Assembly (NCBI GenBank): GCA_009602725.1
Contig: WELB01000008.1
Span: 925,780 to 977,735 of the forward strand
DNA from: Spirogloea muscicola
Lineage: Eukaryota
Direction of reading: 5' to 3'
Length of the DNA: 51,956 nt
This document shows positions 45,289-51,956 of the stretch, in pieces. A program made the position numbers and the translations under genes. A model generated the notes under the pieces. It searched no databases. It was given only the letters and a program-made list of their open reading frames with translations, and had not been told where the DNA came from. The stretch's first letter is position 1; the number at the start of each line of letters is the position of its first letter.

Positions 45289-48200
45289 TCACCGCTGGTC
45301 AAAGGGTGGGAAGAGATTGGGATTGTGGTAGCCGTTGGCAACACCGTTGTACCTAGGATTCGTGAACTCCAGCATCTGGGATGGTGAGGCGGGGCCACTG
45401 GCGGGGGCCCCTGACACTGGCTGCCTGTATGACTGCCAGAGGGCAGCTTGCACAGGCAGCAGCGACGCTGAGCCTCCCGGCAGTGAGCTAGGCTTGCGGG
45501 GCAGAGGGGAGCCTGGCCGTGCCACTGAGGGCTCGGTTACAGGCGTCCCCGGCGCCAACAGGCCTAGTTCCCTGCCGCTACCAAGGACAACATGTGCAGC
45601 GCTGTCAAGTGCAGGTGGCCGCAGCGCCTGCTCGTTCCAGGGCCCAACAAGCACAGCACGGTCGGGGAAAGGCTCCCACATCAGACTGCTGGGCTGGCCG
45701 AGGCTTGTCTTCGGACAAAAGACTGGGTCAGATGCAGGAGTGAGGGTCGGTGATGTCTGCCCTTTGTGCAAACCCTGCATGCACAATGCACATAAGCATG
45801 TAGATCAGCCGAAGGTCAGAGAGCCTCAACGTAATCAATCCCGACGCAGGGCGTCGGAGGCTGGCTCACCTGGCACTCAGACATGAAGCCATATTGAGTA
45901 AAGGAAGGCGCTGCTGCTGGAGTGCGCGGGTAGCCTATGCAAGCCCTCTCCAGAGGCAGGGACTTGACAGGGTTCCTCCGCTGCAGGGACGGCACCAAGA
46001 GCAGCCACAAAGTATCAGTGCAGATTGAGAGGAGAGACACAGCGGAGCTGCACACAGGAGAGCGTTTCCTCGAAGAAAGGTGCTAAACGTGAGCTCACTG
46101 CGAAGGTGTTGTCCAACGGCAGGCTGGCCAGCCGAGCTCCGTCAAAGGGCGAGCCCCACAGGCTGTACAGATTGGTAGCCTCCTCATTGCATCGCTGAGC
46201 GCCGTCAAACTGGCTCAAGTCACCTGCAATTTCCCTCGCGCCCTCGAGCTCCCCTGCTTGCACCTCCCCTGATTCGGCCTGCTGCTTTAGCTCCTCAACT
46301 CTATGTCGCTGCACAAGGTCTTGGTAGCTGGCTTCCTGGGCAGCGTCCTTGGGAGATGCCACTATCAGTGGAGTGCCTGCATCGAGGTGGAGGTTGCTCG
46401 AGGCAGCCTCTCTTGAAGACAGCCGACCAGGGCCAGGAGCTACAGTCGGCAGTCGTGCAGCTGGCTGCATTGGGCCTCTGACTGCAGGGAGGAGCGGGAG
46501 AGGAGCCATGCGTGGGCCTGCAGCCGGACTCCCACCCATAGGTGTTGTGGGAGCACTGTCGCAGCTGCGGAGTCTCCAACCGTGGTTGTCCATGGGGGAA
46601 TCGCTGCTGGACTCCTCAACTTTGTGACCAGAGAGCCGCTTCCTGGGCGTCGAGGGCAAGACCACAGCGGCTGCACCTGAGGGCGCCCATGTCGGCCTCT
46701 GCCCTTGACTTTCCAGCCTGGTGGCAGACTGAATCGTCTTGTCTAGCTGGGTCGACCTTGCCACCGAGAGCTCCGGAGGCTGCAGCAATTTGACCTTCCC
46801 GGCCACCTGCTGGCTGGATGCAGGCATCGGGCTGGCCATGTCTGCTGAGGCTGGCGACGGAGGGGAGGCCCCTTCCACTCCCACAGCCTTCAGGGGTTGC
46901 CGCCGTTTCTTGCGGCTAGCTCCGCTCCCCGTGGTAGCTGCAACTGTTGGCATCACTGCAGTACCTGGCTGCGGCTGCCTGCCTGGACTCCTTGCTCCTA
47001 GCGAGAAGTCCTGCTCCCTAGTCAGCTCCAGTGTAAGGCTGCTACTTTTGCCACTGCTGCTGCTGCTACTGGTGCTTCCTGCAGAGGTGACCCCAGATGG
47101 AGAGGCAGCTCTGCCTTGAGCAGCTGTTGGAGTTTGCCCACGCTCAAATGCTTCATCGCGAGCAAGCTGAGCGCTGGCCGCCACTTGAGGTGCACTCACG
47201 CTGACGCCGTCATTTGGTGCCTGACCTGCTTGGCCCTTGCTGGTCTTCCGCAGAGAAGGGGACGTTGAAGTGGATGAGATGCAGGAGGGTGACAGGTTGG
47301 GAGCTGATGGGGAGGAGGGGGGTGGAGGAGTGGCCAAGGAGTCGTATGTGGCAGAGGAGGATGAAGAGGAGGGAGAGCAAGACGGCAAGGGAAGGTGGGA
47401 GTAAGCAGCTGGCACATTCAGTGCAGGTGAAACTCCCTGCAGGCAAGAAGGCTTGCGTGGGCGGCCCAGCACAGGCCGCAGCACAACAAGCAACACGAGT
47501 AGCAGGGTGCCCGCTGCTGCTACCTGCAGCGCCCCCTGTGGCCTTAGGCGCTGCGCAATTAGCAGCGGCTGTAATTCTTGTGGCAGCTGCCCCAACAGCA
47601 GAAACTTGGAGACGCCAGCCGTAGACTCTAGGAAAAGGTGCCGCTCCACTAGCGCCTCTGAGAAGTCCGGCTTGAAGCGCACCTCAATGGCCACCATCTG
47701 TTCCAGGAACATTGCACCAACATTCTAGTCAGCTGCTTGCACCGTCATTTTGGAAAAGAAGGTGGTGCAAAATCAGGATACATCCCCAAAAACTTGGCTG
47801 TTGACCCTGTACTCTAAAACCTTAAAGCAAAAACGTCTGCGCAATGTCACCAACCTCTTGAGCGCCGAGAGTAAAGCCGTCGCAGGGCTTGATGGACAGC
47901 CCGCTTCGAGCGCATGCAAAGCCCTTGTCAAGGCCGATGCGGTGCACAACCAGCGGCATGGTGCCCACATTCTCAACAATGAATGATGAACTTGTCTCCA
48001 CAGCCTTGCAGTCTGCTGCCGCTAGCGGCAGGGCCTGGTCATCAACAACAGCTCCTTCGATCTTGAGAGGCAGCAGGAGGGCGCTGACATTTCGCCGCCG
48101 GGACGTCTGGTACGTGCGGAGGCCCTGCACCATCGGGTGTGCCCACGCTCCCTCGCCACGGAGCTGCAATTGCTCCTGCAGCGTGAGGTTGTTGTGTACC

Positions 48201-51200
48201 ACTAGAGACGCGGTGGCAGAGCAGAGTCGCCGTGGCAGGAATCCAACGGGCCCCATTTGCAGGCGGCTGCGCGGTGGCAAAATGGCTCTGTTGACGCCAT
48301 GGGGCGACAGCACAAAGGCTGGTGGCGTTGCCAGTGACGAGGACGGGCGCTTGGTGCCTCCCCGACGCTCCAGGTTCGTACAGCTCTGCCCGTTAGCCAG
48401 GAGCATGTCGTGCTCATCCTCCGCGCAGAAGCAACGTGCAAGTGCCGCACTTTCGCCACTGAGAGCGAGCCGTGCCTGCAGCGGCCAGTCGGAGGGGTTC
48501 TCCACCCAGACATCTTGCCACTCGGTGGTGTGCACGTGCACCTGCCCGTACTCCAAGCGGCCAGGCATACTCTCGTTGGCCAGCACATGAGGTCGCACCA
48601 GTGAAAATAAGACCGGCACAGCGCTCTGGCTGACCACGTCGGTCTGCAAGAAAACCTGCGCAACAACTTCCGTGCCATTTGACTGGAGCAGTTCCTGCCA
48701 TGCAGTGTCTCGCTGCTGCATGGCCGACTTGTCCCCGGCCAAGCATGGCCGACTGCCGTCCAATTGGGTACCTATGCGGGAAAGAACATTGAGTTCCATG
48801 TTGAGTGGACACTCACAGACAGGAACCATGAGCTCATGACTCTAGTGGTGAGACACAACGAAGATGACTCTCATTGGAAGCCAGCCAACATCTCCACCAT
48901 GAACCAAACTCGGGGAGATAAGATACGGGTACTGCTGCCAAGAGATAGCTTATGGGTTTGCTCACCTGACATGTTGGCACAAGCTGCCGCTCGCGGGGAG
49001 CCTGCAAGAACGTAGTCAGAGTGTCGCCCGAGGGAGAGATCCAGAGTGAGAGTTGCAATTTCGGTCTCCTTGCCCGGATCCAACTTTGTGGCAGTGAGCC
49101 CCACAAGTAAGCGGGGGTCTGACGACAACACTGCCTGCAGCAGGATGGGGCGTGGGAACGTGGAGAGCGCACACAGGCGGACCGTCTCCATGCGCCCCGG
49201 GAAGGATGGTTGGAAGTGCACAGGGCTCGGCGACAGGCTCAATACACCGTCTACTAGCTCAAAAGTGACGGCCACAATCAGCTGCTCGAAAAGCGTCCTC
49301 ACAGCGACGGCCCCCCTGGCTGCACCATCCTCTGCCTTTCCAGCTCGAACCTGTGTGTCAATTTGGGGCAAACAGAGCCCTTCAGTAGTTAGATAGGAGG
49401 CCAACAATCTCTTGAAATCCGCTAGCAAGGACATTAGTGCCCACTGTTGTATGCTTGCAGTGAGGTTACAGCCACAAGTCACAAATGTCATATGAGTGGT
49501 GCCACGTGGCATGTACCTCCAGGGCGAAGACAGCAGTGTGTCCCTCCTGCAGTTCACTGGGGGTCTGCCCGAAGACGGGCAGGTGCAGCGAGTGCTCCGG
49601 CAGCGCCGTCCCGTCCGGGCCTCGTACATCAATCACGTGCAATGACATGACTGGCATGCTATGGCTGACACTGAGGAGCGGGACTGCCCTTGGTGCAGGG
49701 TTACGCAGTGTGAAGGTGACAGTGCGGCTCTCCCCTGCGCCGACGCAGCCGAGGTCGAGCAACTGGGGTCCCCCCAGCTCCAGGTGGCCGCTGTGGACCT
49801 GCAGCTCCACCTCGAGCTTGCCAAGGTCAGTGAAGACTGACAATATTGCCGACATCGCCGCCACCGCGGGCAGCGCTGTCGGGTCATCAGGCCGGTATTG
49901 CACACGGACTGGCCGAGAGAGCGCCCCTGGCCCCACTTGCGAGCCTGCTGGAAAGCTGAGGAGCTGGAATGCAGGGGGCACGATGTGCGCCGATAGCAGA
50001 GCCAGCGGCAATTGGAAGCCGTTCCGCAGCCGGAATGACTGCGCTTTGGGCCGCGAGGACGGCATCTGTTGCGGCAGCCACTCTGCTGCTGCGCCACCAT
50101 CATCGTCTAGCAGCCGCTCCTGCTCAGCTCCAGCTGCCACAAATGGGGCCCTGGATGCAAAGAACACAGCCTGCTCTGGTGGCTGCACCGTCACCTCGCC
50201 GCGCAGGACACGACCTGTGCAGCGAACCACCACAAGGCTGCTACCAGATGTATCATTGGTGCGCACGAACAAGGTGCCATGCACAACCTCCACATCGCCC
50301 AGCGGTCTGAAGAGAACGTCTGCTACTGTAGCCTCCACATCGGGCTGCAGTACCCCACCACGCTCCATGGCCAGCACTTCCAAGCTGCTGTTGCTGCCAG
50401 CGTCCTGCACAGCAATCATCCATTCCATCTGCTGGTCAGTACACCCTCCTTGAGCTGCACCTATGCAGTAAGAATTGCTACTCAAGCAAAGCAGCAGTGC
50501 ACAGCACCGCTGCCAAGTCACCTGGAAGACCTCTTCAACAGCGATGGGCGTGCTGCCGACATTCAGCAACCTCAGCGGGAGGCGCTTGGAGGGGCTCCTG
50601 CCCAGGAGAGTACCAAAGTCGAGTACATCAGGCACCACTTTCACGTTCACCATACAAGCCTGCACAGACAGGGGGATTTTGAGGGGGTGGGGTGGGTGAG
50701 GTGGTTAAAATGGCTCATCGCCGCTTGCTTCCAGATCTCAACAACATGATGCAAGCACAAGCACCAGCAGAGGCGCCAGACAGCGTCGTGTGGGCAATTG
50801 GGTTCGCAGGCGTTAGAGCGGTGCTCCCAGGCAGCGTCGCATTGTGCAGATCAAAGGCAGGCAGTCAGGTGCAGCAGCATGCAGCACCTCAATGTCGATG
50901 GGGATGAGGAGGGAGTGCGTCCAATTGTGACAGTGGAGGTTGCGCCCGAGCTCAATGTGCAGCATGCTGTGGTAATGCCCTGGCGCTGGCGCGACAAATT
51001 CGACAACCAGCACCGCGCGCGTCTCGCCGGGGGCGATCTGCCAGAGGCCCAGCGGCCCCACAGCGTCGTTGTTGCTGGTGGCGGAGGCTACGTCTCCGGG
51101 TCGGAGCAGGTCAAGCTTGAAGTGGTCCTCAGGGAGGTGAGCCTCGAGCAGGTGGAGGCCCTTGGCATACGGGTTGTGGAGCACAAGGTGGTGCGAGAAT

Positions 51201-51956
51201 CTGCTTGCAACCGGCACCGACAGCCGGGACAGTGGCGCAACTCCATAGGGCGACACCACGCCAGTCCCACGTAGTGGCAGCAGAATGTCGCCGGCGCTGC
51301 TCTGAACGACCAGCGTGGCCTCGGCGTTGCCCAGCACGCGCGGCAGGAACGCGACGTTGACGGCGGCGCGCTCGCCCACCGGCAGGCTGCGCGGCTCGAA
51401 GCCGGCCACCCAGAACTGGGCGTTGCCGCCGGCCACGGCGGCGCTGCGCAGCTCCAGCGGCGTGGCGCCCACATTGGCCAGCGTCACGGTGCGCTCGTAC
51501 GGCCAGCACAGCGGCTGCGGAAGCCACTCCGTGGCGCTCGGCCACGCCGCCACAACGGGGAGGGGCCACGACCACGTGGCTGTCGCGTCCGCCGCGGCCG
51601 ACTGCACCAGCTCGGACGAGCCCGAATCCGCAGCCTCGCCCCGCCGCGCCTCGAGCGCCGGCGCGGCCGTCGCTGCCCTTGCTTCCTCCTCCTCTTCCTC
51701 GTCGTCGTCGTCCTCTTCCTCCTCCCAGTCGTCGTCGTGGAAGTCGTGCTGCGGCATTGCGGGCAGCCGCTGGCCTGCTTTGGGAGCTGCCGGCTGCGCA
51801 GCCTTCTCCTGCTGCGCCGTCGCCGACGCCGCGGAGAGGGGCTTCCCAGGCGCGCCGCCGACGAGGCGCCCATGGAGCGGCGCCTCGGCGAGCGCGCCGG
51901 CGGGGCCGCTCGGTGCCCGGCAGGCGCAGGCGAGCACGAGCAGCAGGGCGAGCAGC
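45289..51956 (-). CDS. TMEM131-like type I membrane protein, multi-exon, 5' end beyond the window
   Basis: Signal-like LLALLLVLACAC at the window edge, then the TMEM131 N-domain RTVTLAN..FWVAGFEPRSLPVG..VNVAFLPRVLGNAEATLVVQSSAGDILLPLRGTGVVSPY. Repeated Ig/PapD-like segments follow (LDFGTL, LDLGCV, FQPSFPGR, VENPSDWPL, VHNNLT, FIVENVGTMPL, VRFKPDFS). One TM segment (GTLLLVLLVVL) precedes a long low-complexity tail. Confidence 0.85.

Noticed and set aside
1..51956. CRISPR arrays, tRNA and rRNA genes
   Set aside because: No repeat-spacer periodicity, cloverleaf or rRNA-like sequence was recognised.

Overview
Eukaryotic, intron-rich, gene-dense nuclear DNA. The plant-type gene set (LTO1, MOS14, ZIFL-type MFS, EXA1) and the short GT-AG introns suggest a green plant or streptophyte alga (inference). 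Ten spliced protein-coding genes can be supported: LTO1/VKOR (3' part, +), transportin-SR/MOS14 (+), GH31 alpha-glucosidase (-), PTH2 (+), a small gene resembling a cyanobacterial hypothetical family (-), GAR1 (+), a ZIFL-type MFS transporter (-), an EXA1/GIGYF-type GYF protein (-), a BAP31-like protein (+) and a TMEM131-like protein (-, 5' end outside the window). Three N-gaps each fall between a compact head-to-head gene pair. The accessory part is about 27.97-35.5 kb. It is a nest of 3'-end fragments from several subfamilies of CRE-like (CCHC + restriction-like endonuclease) non-LTR retrotransposons, most ending L(T/S)RGY-stop, mixed with a retropepsin fragment and an LTR-like segment. Much of this nest is arranged as inverted repeats: arms of 591 bp, about 450 bp and 180 bp, plus 27-bp and 13-bp inverted copies of flanking DNA. 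This points either to a two-ended insertion mode or to a hairpin-RNA-forming transposon trap. Smaller candidates are a GA-AG intron in MOS14 and an H/ACA-like RNA in a GAR1 intron. All homology calls come from motif recognition, not database searches.
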